Of a stretch of DNA of 64,000 bases, positions 12,311 through 26,059 are shown in pieces. Made by a program: the position numbers and the translations under genes. This stretch comes from Octopus sinensis (lineage: Eukaryota). The notes under the pieces were generated by a model that saw only the letters and a program-made list of their open reading frames with translations, ran no database searches and was not told where the DNA came from. The stretch spans positions 35,960,001 to 36,024,000 of the forward strand of contig NC_043012.1 of the NCBI RefSeq assembly GCF_006345805.1. The letters run 5' to 3'. Every line of letters starts with the position of its first letter. The stretch's first letter is position 1.

Positions 12311-12660
12311 GGCTTTGGTCAGTCAACCAGTGTCTGTAGTAGAAGACCGCTGGCCAAGGCACCACACTGTGGGATTGAACCTGAAACAATGGGTTCAGAA
12401 GGGTAAAGAAAAACCCCTCTTAGTCCCCATCAGACACAACTGCACCTACAAGCTACCCCTACAGAATAGAATTCATCTTATTATGTGTGTTGTAGTCCTG
12501 ATTCAGTATTATTCAAACAAAGCCGTCACGAGATGACATCTTAGCCATGAGGTTTGTTGTTTCGCTTCGTTCAGCTTTATATCTTTGTAAAGACTTGTTG
12601 GCTTTTAGCTTTGTTTCAGTTTAAATTCAGCTTTGTTTTTGTTTTTTTCAAAATGCAAAC

Positions 12661-12724
12661 CACCTGATGAATGACTGTAACTCGAAAATTTAAAGAAATT
12701 AACAGCCATGAAACGATCGTAGTG
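12661..12724 (+). ncRNA. Candidate minimal type I hammerhead ribozyme (Penelope-like element type), core intact
   Basis: CAC-CTGATGA (12664-12670), stem II ATGACTGT/ACAGCCAT, GAAA (12710-12713), palindromic stem III ACGATCGT, cleavage-site A at 12721, then GTG. Confidence 0.6.
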
Positions 12725-12941
12725 TTATATTAATTATATTTTTAATAATTTTTTGTTATATTTTAAATAATATAAATTAAATAATCTTATGTATTGGCTT
12801 AAGTTTTTCATTGTATGATTTGCCTAAGTGGTTTTTTGTTCTAATTTAATTAATATATATATATATGATGATATGTATGTATGTATATATATATATATAT
12901 GTATGTATATATAATATATATATATATATATATTATAATAT

Positions 12942-12972
<31 letters not shown>

Positions 12973-13028
12973 GTATATATATATGTATATACATGTATAT
13001 ATAATATATATATGTATATATATACATG

Positions 13029-13107
<79 letters not shown>

Positions 13108-13441
13108 ATATCAAGGGAAAAGGGTACTCAATATAATGCTGAGTATATATATATATATATTTTGAAGCTGAAGAAACTAACTACACTAGTTATTAAAGTG
13201 GCTTGAGATTTATTTGTCAAACAAGTGTTACATACAAGACTCTGATGCTCATTTAGCTACAGAAGTGCTTTCAGCTAACACACACACATATTTGTATGCA
13301 AAATACATACATACATATATACACATATATATTTGTGTGTGTGTGTATGTATATATATATATATATATGTGTGTTTATCAATTCATTTTGCAAGATTCCT
13401 GCTTTGAAATTCTGTGTTGAAACAGATATTGTTCTATTTCT

Positions 13442-13838
13442 AGGTGGTCATTTTATTTTTTGCACTATTTTTTCTGGGGTTTTTTTCAATCGTTTTTTAC
13501 TGTCATTTTATTATTTTAATGCTAGTCCAGTGTCCAGAAATCCTTTTGTCACACATCTGTGGCATCTTTAGCAACACTTTCCATTGTTCCGTTCCACCTA
13601 CTCCATTCTCAAAGTATCGCTGAAGAGGTTACAGGTGTGTGATGAAAGATTTCCAGACAATGGACAAGCATTAAAATAATAAAACAACAGTAATAAACAA
13701 GTGAAACAAAAAATAAAAATGCATATGGTGGTGCCCCAGCATGTCCACAGCCTTCGGGCTAAAACATTTTTAAGGATTTTAAGGATATAGTGCATGTGTT
13801 TATTTAGCAAAAGAAAAAAAAATAATAAATGACCATCC
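13442..13838. repeat. Old imperfect inverted repeat (MITE/foldback-like)
   Basis: Left arm about 13460-13580 pairs with 13611-13723 (ttattttaatgct.gtcca.tgtc..gaaatc). The outer ggtcatttta/ataaatgacc ends also pair. Confidence 0.75.
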
Positions 13839-13846
13839 CAAAATAT

Positions 13847-13897
<51 letters not shown>

Positions 13898-14090
13898 TAT
13901 ATATATATAAGAAATTAATAAACTGTATGTTTATTTTATTTACCTATTGGAATAACATTGTCATTGATATAGGTAATATAAACCAGTAAATCTTCAGATA
14001 TCTAATATCCCTTAGGTGTATTTACACCGAGCTTAACTTATGTGTGCGTGTGTAACCTATATATACATGCATACCTACATACATACATAC

Positions 14091-14138
<48 letters not shown>

Positions 14139-14811
14139 TATATATATGTATATATATATATGTATATATATATATAAATTGACATAGCAAATAAAATGTT
14201 TGTGGAGGCAGGAATATTTTTTCAAATATGTGAATAAAATTTCACTTTCATTAAAAAATACAATCCATTTATTTATGTTTTATTTTTTTTTTTCCTTTTA
14301 CTGAAAATAAAATAACAAAGCTATTTAGATGTGCTTCTGTGGAAACATGGAAATTATTTCTATCCCCACCACCACCACCTCATTTTTGATGTCATAAAAA
14401 TGCAGAATTTGCTTCATTCAACTGAAAATTGCATTTTGGAAATTGAATAAAAGAAAAAATAAAATTACCTTCAAAAAATTATTTGAAAATAACATTAGCC
14501 ACATTTCTTATATTAGCATTTTTCCTATTTTGCTTAAGATTTTATTCACACACACACACACATGCATGCTTACACACACACATACACACACATGCATATT
14601 TGTATGTATGTATTTATAATGTATACATATATGTATATATATATATATATATTTATAAGGTGCATGAATATATATATATAGATAGAAAATACACACACAC
14701 GTATACATATGTATGTATGTATCTCTGTCTCTCTCTCAGTATATATGTGTGTGTATGCATATATATATACATACATCTTTAATTAAATACTTAATTGCAT
14801 GCATGTGTGTA

Positions 14812-14880
<69 letters not shown>

Positions 14881-14890
14881 CACATATATC

Positions 14891-14938
<48 letters not shown>

Positions 14939-15411
14939 AATATATATATTATATATGTTATATATATTGAATATGTATATTTTCATACATATATATACAT
15001 ATATATAACGTATTCTCTTACATAGGCTAAATGATTCCTCATATGTCCTGTCATTGTCAGCAACATTAAAAATTACACAACCCATATTTTCAAACATTTT
15101 GTCCTTTCATTAAATCAGTTGATTGTAAAGAAACAGTCAAGGTTATCTTTGACGATTTACTTATTGATTTCATTTGACCGATATTTCCTTTGGAATTCAC
15201 CAGCATATCTTTCTTTGGTTTCAAAATTCTTGTGAGTCTTGTGTCATTGTGTTTCTTCCTCGTTGTTGTGTCGCCTTTACATCATTCTGTCTTGGCCAAA
15301 ATGAACTTCAAATTTTATGAACAATAACAATAATAATAATGATAATAATAATAATAATAATGATAATGATGATGGTGATGATGATGATGATAATAAATGA
15401 ACTTCAGATTT

Positions 15412-15452
<41 letters not shown>

Positions 15453-15508
15453 TGATGATGATGATAATAAAAATCATTGTGATAATGATAATAATAATAA
15501 TAATAATA

Positions 15509-15553
<45 letters not shown>

Positions 15554-15869
15554 TAATAATAATAATAATAACTACAGCAACAATAGTAATAATAATAATA
15601 ATTGCTAGTTTCAGTTGTGGGATATTTTATGATATATCAAATTGCATAAGTTAATTATTAATTTTTTTTCTATATATATTTTTTGTTTATATTTTTCTTT
15701 ACCAAATAGCATTTTCATTTCAAACATGATTTTATAAATAACAAGCTGACATGCCCCCCACCACTCATCGAGTCTCTCCATAATAAAGTTTTACTTTAGA
15801 ATTAATGTGTTAAAAAGAACTGAATAAATGTATATACACATATATGCACATATATGCATATATATATAT

Positions 15870-15923
<54 letters not shown>

Positions 15924-15988
15924 ATATATATATACATATATGCATATATATATATATATGTATGTATGTATATATATACATATGTATG

Positions 15989-16028
<40 letters not shown>

Positions 16029-16147
16029 TATGTATGTATGTTTATATGTATGTATGTATATATATGTATTTATGAATATATATACATATATACATATATA
16101 CATATGTATATATATGTATATATATATATACATGTATATATATATAT

Positions 16148-16209
<62 letters not shown>

Positions 16210-16349
16210 TATGCATGTGCGCATGTGTTTGTGTGTTTATATATATATATGTATGCATGAATGTATACAAAAGAAACAAGAAGCTAAATTGAAATCTTAC
16301 CCACCTCTGTGTGTAAACATGTATGCATAAGCGTGTGTATGTGTGTATA

Positions 16350-16414
<65 letters not shown>

Positions 16415-16636
16415 GTGCATTTACACATGTATAAGTATGTATATGTGTGTGTGCATATGTGTATATATGTACATGTGTGTGCATGTGTGTGTGTGTGCGT
16501 GTGTGCATGTGTGTGTGTGTGTGACTGTAACCCTTCTCCCCTCTAGTCAGTTATTCATGTAGTTCTCTATTTTATTACTCAATATTCAACTTAAAGTGTT
16601 GTTTTTTTTTCTCCAACATGTTATTCACATGTACAG

Positions 16637-16686
16637 TTTGACAATGAAACACCTGAACATGGAGAAGCTGCTTAAAAATGCTGTAG
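16637..16686 (+). CDS. Candidate alternative 50-nt exon of the Piccolo-like gene
   Basis: First AG after a T-rich tract, with donor TAG|gtaata. It is open only when entered in phase 2 (LTMKHLNMEKLLKNAV) and exits in phase 1, the same phases as exon 6332-6444. Confidence 0.4.
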
Positions 16687-17136
16687 GTAATATAACTGCT
16701 CTACCATTGCCATAATCCATCTCTGTTCACATATGGTCAGCACCATAGCACTAACCCTACCCCCTAGCATGCATTCTCTCTATATCTCTCTCTACCTCTC
16801 TTTCTCTACCTCTCTACTCTCTCTCTCTCTCTCTCTCTTTTTCTACCTCTTTTTCTCTCTCTCTTTCTCTCTATCCAAGAATTCTATAAACACATCTTTA
16901 AACCAATCAGAAATTGTGTCTGGTTTCACTGACCACTGTCCACTCTTAGTCCGCTCTATCCAGAATCTTTTAGTGGATATTAAAACCCCTTTTAATGTTT
17001 CACTTGGTGTCCAGTCTCAACAAATATCTGCACATACAGCACTATCTCCCAGATTCCTTCCTTCCTTTCTTCCTGTCTTCCTTCTCTTATAGACTCATCA
17101 AGCCTTTGTCTTGTTTAATTACTATTATTATTATTA

Positions 17137-17177
<41 letters not shown>

Positions 17178-17785
17178 ATTATTATTATCAAATAATCTTA
17201 CACAACATAGGGTGGTGAAGAAAGGATTTGTATGAATGCTGTTGTTGTTGTAGTTTCTGTTAAATAAAGAATACCTCTCGTTTAGTTCTCCCTGTTCCTT
17301 AATTTAACCTTACCTTTAATCCCACCTGTAGATTTCATGAAACAAATACCTGTAATTTATTGGGGTTAACAGTATGCACTTGGCAAACATTCGCTATAAG
17401 GGATTTGCACCTTGATAAGTAGAGCCCTTGTGTTTCTGTATTTCCCTATGTGTGTCTGTGTGTGTCTGTGTATTTCACTGTATGCATGTGTGTGCGTGTG
17501 TGTGTGTGTGTGTGCAAAAGTCACCCATGGTGATGCTGGATCCTCAAGCTTCCAGTCTGGAACTCTGGTTCACTTTTAGCTGAAGCCATAGTTGCTATGC
17601 ATCTTCAGTTTCTGGTAACAATTAGATTCATTTGTCCTTGACATGCATCACAAAATCTGACCTTCACATACGACATGATGTTTGACCTTGACCTACTTCA
17701 TAATATTCGGTTGACATAGTATTTAAACTGTCCTTGACACATTTGTGAATGACAGTTAAATATGTTTGATATGGAGACAAGTCAC

Positions 17786-18290
17786 AGTACATGGGGGCTT
17801 ATCCTGTGGTGACATGTTATCTGTATATGCTACATGGGGACTTGCCCTTGATATGCTACATGGGGACATGTCCTTAAAATATGCATCCTGGGGTTATGTT
17901 CTTGATATATGCTACATGGGTACATTTTCTTGATATCCATTACATGAGGACATGTCCTTGATGTATTCTACATGGAGCCATGCCCTTGCTATGCTCCATG
18001 TGGATATGTTCTTAAAATATACAGCCTGGGGATAAGTTCTTGGCATATGCTACATGGGTACATTTTCTTGGTATACATTACATGATGACATGTCCTTGAT
18101 ATGCTACATGGGGACATGTCCTTAAAATATACATCCTGGGGATAACTTCTTGATATATACTACATAGGGGACATGTCCTTAAAATATACATCCTCGGGAT
18201 AAGTTCTTGATGTATGCTACATGGATATATATTCTTTTGATATACATTACATGAGGACATGTGTTTGATATATGCTACATGGTGCCAACT
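17786..18290. repeat. Degenerate minisatellite with about 24-26-bp monomers
   Basis: Recurrent atatgctacatgggg/acatgtccttg and cttaaaatatacatcctggggata units. Confidence 0.85.
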
Positions 18291-18602
18291 GATCCTGCCA
18301 CAAAGATAATGTGAAGTTTCCATTGTTTCTTATATAAGAGTGTATGTGTGTGTGTGCAAATACATGTATGTGCATGTCTCTGAGTGTGTGTGTGTCTACA
18401 TGTGTGTCACTATTTCTGCTCCATTAATTCAAAGCCCTTAGACTTAACAAAAGATATAACATTCTTTGTATATACAATATCCTGACAGTTTTTCTGTGAG
18501 ATATCTTCCCTAATTAATGGTAGAATATTATTCTTCTAACGTGAAATCTCTTGCGTCTTATTTTTAAAATATCATCAATTTTTTTTTTCATATATCTTAT
18601 AT

Positions 18603-18822
18603 ATTGGTTTCAAATTTTGGCACAAGGCCAACAATTTTGAGGAAGTGGGTAAGTCAATTACATCGACCGCAGTACTCAACTGGTATTTATTTTATCGACC
18701 CCCCAAAATGATGAAAGGAAAAGTCGACTTCAGTGAAATTTGAACCTGGAATGTAATGACAAAACTCAGCCCATAAAACCTTTTGTCCTGTATGCTAACA
18801 ATTCTGCCAGCTTGCCACCTTA
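18603..18822 (-). mobile_element. SINE family A copy
   Basis: Reverse complement of family A: ggtttcaaattttggcacaaggcc...attctgccagcttgccacc. Confidence 0.82.
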
Positions 18823-18824
18823 GC

Positions 18825-18886
<62 letters not shown>

Positions 18887-19130
18887 GCGGACGTTAAATG
18901 ATGATGATGATGATGATGATGAATAATGAAATTATTGTGTATAGTGCTGAAGTGCACTATAAATAGATCTTGTATATTAGAATGTGATCAGTTCACTGAG
19001 ATATATCATATACACTTTTAAATAAGCCCTTTACTCCCAGTTGAGCATAGCCATTGAATAACTTTCTTCCATTGTTCTTAACTCTTGGCTCCCCCCTCCC
19101 ATCTTGTTGGTTTTGAATTGTCCTCCATGC

Positions 19131-19161
19131 TTCTCTAACTTTGCTTTTGTTTTAGGTAAGG
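19131..19161 (+). promoter_or_regulatory. Candidate recursive splice site (3'ss abutting 5'ss)
   Basis: ttctCTAACtttgcttttgttttAG|GTAAGG shows a branch-point motif, a pyrimidine tract, and AG at 19154-19155 directly followed by a 5' splice-site consensus. Confidence 0.5.
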
Positions 19162-19974
19162 GTGTTGGACCAATGCAAACCCACTTTTACCTCTGGGAAG
19201 ATGTGGTCCATATTTGCCTAGCCCTTGTCCTTTGATAGGGCATGAGAAACCCCTACCATATGTTTACAGTTCTGCTGGGACAAGAAGTTCGGCAGCTCTG
19301 TAGCTCACTGGATCCTGTCAACCCATCCAACCCATCCCAGCATGGAAAAGGGACATTAAATGATGATGATGATGATGATTCTGGTGGCAGAGCTTCCAGG
19401 GTCATTGAGGTACACAAACCCTCACATCACCACCACAAGGACTGGGCCTTGTCATAGATACATCATATGTGGTGAAATATTATTTTCTACTTATGATATA
19501 TCTTATATATTAGAATGTCATTTGCTTCCTATGATTTATCCTAAGTGGTATAATACTCACAATGATATCGTATATACTAGAATATCATATTTGGCACTAG
19601 GAAGAGCATTACACCATATAAAAGAACCATGCCAAGGCAGAAACTGGAGCCTGGTACCGTCCTCTGACTTTCTAGTTCCAGTCAAACTGTCTGACCCATG
19701 CCAGCATGGAAAAACGGACGTTAAATGATGATGGTTGTAATGATGAGGATGAGTTTACTGTTATATACCATATATGGATATTAAATGTTATATATGACAT
19801 ACCATTAGTTTCTTGTGATATAAGCATATATCTTACATAATCAATAAACTATAATCAATGATTCCTTTCACATCTTTGATATTTCTTCAATCATTTTTAA
19901 CCCCAGTCTAGTGTCTTTTATTAATTTCACGTTTGTTTGGTGATTTTGTTGTGAATTGCAGGCATGGGAAGATT

Positions 19975-20008
<34 letters not shown>

Positions 20009-20540
20009 AAGGAGAGAGAGACAGAGAAAGAGCAAAAGTGTGTGTATGAGTATACATGTGTGTGTGTGTGTGTAGGTGTGTGTGTGTATAGGTGTGTAAG
20101 TATAAAAGTGTTTGTACCAGAATCAATGTTTCATTGTCTGTAGAATAAGGTATTAATGGCATGAGGTACAGACCTGTTTTAAACTTGATGCATTTCTAAA
20201 AGCCATACCCTCTTTTAAGGGTCACCATGCACATGTTCTCAGCTCTAGGGCCTGTTTTAAGACCCCCAAACCCTCAGCTCTATTCTGTCAAGTGCATCCT
20301 ACATAACAAACTGCCTCACCCACCTGCTGGGATTTGAAGACAACCACAATAGGTGTGTCTGGACTAACACTTAAAAGGGATCATATGATACAGAGAGTAC
20401 CCAGAGTACCCTGTTCAGAAATGTAACCAAGGTAACCAAAACCAAACTTTTTTTCTTTTCTTTCTTTTGTCTTCATTAGTCATCTTTCATCTATCATCAG
20501 TCCCTGTTACTCATTTCTCCCAGACACTTGCTGCCATCCC

Positions 20541-20750
20541 AAGATTTAGCCAGATTTTACTAGATTTAGCTGGATTTAGCAAGTATTTGCCAGATTTTAG
20601 CCAGAGTTAGCTAACATTTATTAGAGCTTTCCAGAATTTTCAAAATTTTAGCCAGAAGTAGCTACAGTTTATCAGAGGTTGCTAGAGTTTGACAGATTTT
20701 GACAGTTTCACAGAAATAACCAGAGTCAGCTAAAGTTTGCCAGAGATATT
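20541..20750. repeat. Degenerate about 10-bp periodic repeat (consensus near CAGATTTAGC)
   Basis: About 20 consecutive variants such as agatttagcc, agattttact, agagttagct and agagtttgac. Confidence 0.7.
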
Positions 20751-21330
20751 TTTAGGTAGAAGCTCTATATTATAGATTCTTACTGGCACTTGTACTCGTG
20801 AGGGTGTTTACCCAAGGTGGACTGAGCTGGCTTTGGCCTCTGAATTTACCATGTCCCTCACAAATGCTGACCATATCTGCACAGGTCCTTCAGAAATTTC
20901 AGGTTGCTCTCCAGCATGCTGAAAAACCATCCCTGAGAAGTGAGGCATCCCTTTAGCTTTGGTTAAAGCATGTCTCTAGGACCCCCTTCAAATCTCTGCT
21001 AAATCTGCTCCAATAATTGACTATGATTTGGGCAATAAATCCACTGCAAGGGTCGACAATCGATGACAAGATGAGCTGTTAAGGGGTCACACTAGCCCTA
21101 AGTATGTATGTGATTAGGGACCACTTGTGAATTTGTGATCTCACTGAAACTCCAAACATATTGTAAATACCTCTTACATACACCCCACAACACATTCCAC
21201 CCGGCAGTAATTCTCTTATCCCTCACCCTTTTCACCACTCTTTTGTTTAAACATATTCACAACAATTTTCATACATTCCAACTGTATTTTCTCAGCCACA
21301 TTTCATTAACAATATTTCATATTTTATAAT

Positions 21331-21532
21331 GTGGCAGAAATGTTAGCACACCAGGTGAAATGCTTAGCAGCACTTTGTCTGTCTTTACGTTCTGAGTTCA
21401 AATTCCACTGAGGTCGACTTTGCCTTTCATCCTTTTGGGGTCGATAAATTAAATACCAGTTGCATGCTGGGATCGATCTAATCAACTGGCTCCCTTTCCC
21501 AAAACTTTCAGGCCTTGTGCCTAGCATAGAAA
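21331..21532 (+). mobile_element. SINE family A copy
   Basis: tggcagaaatgttagcacacc...gagttcaaattcc...gtcgactttgcctttcatcc...ggccttgtgcctag. Confidence 0.85.
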
Positions 21533-22043
21533 AAAAATATCTCATATTTTATTGAAGGTTTTTAAATTTGCTTAAATCTCCCCCTGATCACCTGGGTAAC
21601 CTCCCACTCGCCAACTCACCCAGTTATCCATCCTCACAACCATTTCTTCCCAACATTCATCGATCCAGCCATTCATCCATTCAACCATCCAACCACTCTC
21701 CTACCCATTCAACTACCCACCCACCCACCCATCTTTCTCCTCCATCCATTCATCCAGCCATTCAACCATCATTTCCACTCATCTTTACACCCATTCATTC
21801 TCCCCACTGAGCTCCATCCTACCTACCTACCTACCTACCCCACCCATCTTTCACGCCTTACCTTTTCTCTCTCCCTCTCTTCTATAAGCTGACTAATTAA
21901 AATACACTTAATGGTATATATGCGTACTTAATTGCCATGTACACTTCATACATGTGCATTGCTTTCATGTAGCAGTTAATGTAGCACTTGTCCACATGTG
22001 AACAGATTATAGTTAAAGTGGCATGCTTCCATCAGCAATGTTT

Positions 22044-22094
<51 letters not shown>

Positions 22095-22201
22095 ATCTAT
22101 CTATCTATCAATCTATTACTATATCTATCCTCTTTTTATCTTTACCTATTTCTAGATTGTTCCGTGTGTATGTATATGTTTGTGTGTATGTGTATCTATA
22201 C

Positions 22202-22242
<41 letters not shown>

Positions 22243-22254
22243 ATATGCACATAT

Positions 22255-22285
<31 letters not shown>

Positions 22286-23080
22286 CATATACAACACACA
22301 TATATATATATATGTGTGTATATATATGTATATATATACATATATATATATAGTGCGTATGTGTGTTTGTATGTAGGTATATATATGTGTGTGTGTGGTG
22401 TGTGTGTGTGTGTGTGCATGTATGTACATATGTATGTATGCATGTTTGTATGTATATATATACATGCAATCAATTTATCTTTCACATTTCCTTTAAATGC
22501 AAAGCATCATTCTTTTCGTGTAACTTAAAGACCACTTAAAAAATATAAAAAAATAGAAATATAAAAAAAAGCATAAAAAAACAACAAAAACACCAACAGT
22601 CCCCCCCCCCTCCTTCTGATAATGTTGACTAAACTTAATATTTCTCCCTTTCCATCCTCAAAATATATAAAGAATAAAATTTGTAATTAACCTTCACAAA
22701 TGAACTAATTAGGATTTAACTTGATATCAAAAATATTGCAGGAAGCTGAAAATGAAAAAAATTAGTAATTGATTATTAATTTAATAATTGACTAATTAAT
22801 TACTGCTGCCCCAGAATAAATTGGTTGCTGCTACCATTTCATGGGATCCTGAAGAATTTGGAAAAACTCACTGAATTGGTGTTAAGTAATTTAAAGTGAA
22901 ATGTATACACATACAGACACATGTAGACATATATACATGTATGTATGTATGTATGTATGTATGTATGTATGTATGTATGTATGTATGTATGTATGTATGC
23001 ATGTATATATATGTATGTGTGTGTGTATATAATATATATATATATATATACACACACACATATATATATATGTGTGTATA

Positions 23081-23121
<41 letters not shown>

Positions 23122-23369
23122 ATATGTATGTATGTATATTCTGGATGTTTGATGTTGACATAAACTCTCTCTCTCTTGGTTACTCCCTCTCTTGGACAAA
23201 GCAGCGCCACAGACGGCTGATTGCAAATGGAGAATTTCTAACTTAACATGTGTATAAACAAAGTAGGCTATACATATGTATATACGTAGATACATATGTA
23301 TATATATATATGTGTATGTGTGTGTATATATATCTATATGAGTGTGTATATATATATTATGTATATATG

Positions 23370-23410
<41 letters not shown>

Positions 23411-23485
23411 AATATATATATATATACACACATGTATATATATATATGTATACATGTGTATGTATCTATCTATATCATGTTTATA

Positions 23486-23535
<50 letters not shown>

Positions 23536-23695
23536 GGACACAAAATAATGTAATATATATATATAAACATATACATAAAAACTTACAAATATATATATAT
23601 ATATACTTATAGATATATAAATCTATTTGTGAGAGTGTGTGTGTAAATATATTTTTATGTGTGTATGTTTGTATGTATAAATATATATATATGTA

Positions 23696-23750
<55 letters not shown>

Positions 23751-24078
23751 AGTATGTAGAATGCTTACATAGCTAATCACAGGTATATATTTAAGCTGTT
23801 TATCAGTTCATTGATGGAATTGAATAACGTAAAGATCACAGCATCGTTAATTGATGGCGATTCAGTTTCACAAACGGACCGAATAACCTTGATGCCGGAC
23901 CCAAACACACCTAAACCCTGGTTTCTTAATTGTCATATCGCATATCACATCACACTCCTCCTCGCATTTGCTCTTACTCCTCCCTCTGTCTCTCACTTGC
24001 TATCTGTCAGAAATTTGTATGTATATATGTGTATATATATGCACACATATACATATGCATGTATATACTGTATGTATG

Positions 24079-24116
<38 letters not shown>

Positions 24117-24287
24117 CACATATATATATATATAAGCATATACATCTATATATATATATGTATATATGTGTAAGCGTATCTGCGTTTTATAATTTCTTTC
24201 ACAGTTGTATTGTCAAAGCGGTAAAAACTATCACAAAAGCAAAATTTAAGGGCTCTATTCCCACAGGTGCTAAATGACCCCTTTTTA

Positions 24288-24334
<47 letters not shown>

Positions 24335-24747
24335 TCCCTTTTATATTCTAAAATAACCCATGCCATTATGGTGAGGTATGCAATTATAGTAATGATGATG
24401 ATGATGATGATTTAGTGCAACTTATTATCATTGTATTTTAGTAGAAGAAAGATCTCATTGTAATAACAACAATAAGCCTAATAAGATATATAAGTGTGTG
24501 TATATGTGTGGTATCTCTATCCCTCTCTCTTTCTCTCTCTATCTGTCCGTCTGTCTATCTATCTCTCTCTCTATATCTATCTATTACTATTATCTATGAT
24601 CTATCTATCTATCGTCTGTCTGTTATCTCTCTATTATCTATCTATATTATCTATATATATATCTATATATCTATATATATATCCATATTATATATATATA
24701 ATATATATATATATATATGTGTGTATATATATGTGTGTGTGTATATA

Positions 24748-24793
<46 letters not shown>

Positions 24794-24936
24794 AGAAAGA
24801 GAGATAGATAGATAGATGATATAAATAATTTTATATATATTATTATATTATCTATCTATCTTTTTATTTTTCTTTCTTTCTTTCATTCTTTTGTTCTATA
24901 TATTTATCTGCTTCTATCACTATTTATCTACCTGTA

Positions 24937-24989
<53 letters not shown>

Positions 24990-25376
24990 GTGTGGTGTGT
25001 GTGTGTACATATATATATATGCGATATCCACACATACATTTATATAATTTATATACATGTATGTACGTGTTTATATATATATACGTATTTATATATATAC
25101 CTATTAATATATATACGTATATGTGCATATATATGTATGTGTGTGTAAGTGTGTGTATGTGTGTATAAATGCATATATGTATTTGCGTGCGTGTATATAC
25201 ATAAACATAGACACACACACACATATGCACAGTTATACTCAACAATAACATTTAGCGATATAGGATAATATTTATGCAATACTAGAGTTGGTATTGTAAT
25301 AATAACAATGATGATGATGACAATGATGATGATGACGACGATGACAATGATGATGATGATGTGATTGGCTCCCCAA

Positions 25377-25424
<48 letters not shown>

Positions 25425-25628
25425 CATTATTATCATTAGAAAGAGTACATCGACAGGCATGGCAGAGTTTGGACTTACATACACTGGAGGTTATGCTCTC
25501 ATTATGGAATCGGAACAGAGAAAGTGATGGCATAAGCACATGCCAGGAAAGCTCTCCAAGAAGCGCAAAGCTAAAATTCTTCCTCTGAGATCTGCCAATA
25601 TTTTATGAGACAAGAAATCAAGACTAAA

Positions 25629-25753
25629 TAATCAGATTGTCAACTGTTGATAATGTGTCTCTGGAAGAAATGGAGAAATTACTGAGATATTAAGATCTGG
25701 AAATAAAGATAACCAGAATGAGGGAATTGAAAACAGAAAGGTTTCTTGTAAAA
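25629..25753 (+). mobile_element. Short diverged R4/Dong-like fragment
   Basis: DNVSLEEMEKLLRY*DLEIKITRM aligns by eye with the copy at 10275. Confidence 0.65.
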
Positions 25754-25756
25754 AGG

Positions 25757-25981
25757 GGTTTCAAATTTTGGCACAAGGTGAGATATTTCTGGGAAGGGGA
25801 TAAGTCAATTACATCGACTTCAGAACTCTGTTGGGACATATTTTATTGACCCCCCAAATGATGAAAGACAGAGTCAACCTTGGCAGAATTTGAACTCAGA
25901 ATGCTAAGATGGACAAAGTTCCACTAAGCATTTTACCCAGTGTGCAAGGGATTCTGCCTTCTTGCTGCTCTCATGATACCT

Positions 25982-26059
<78 letters not shown>

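Noticed and set aside
22840-22900. LRR-like peptide ILKNLEKLTELVLSNL
   Set aside because: The LRR spacing is wrong, the stretch is short and stop-bounded, and there are no splice sites.
23803-23920. Coding exon of the Piccolo-like gene ([13 protein letters not shown]...)
   Set aside because: It is open only in phase 2, has a weak donor (gtttct) and exits in phase 2, which is incompatible with the next exon.
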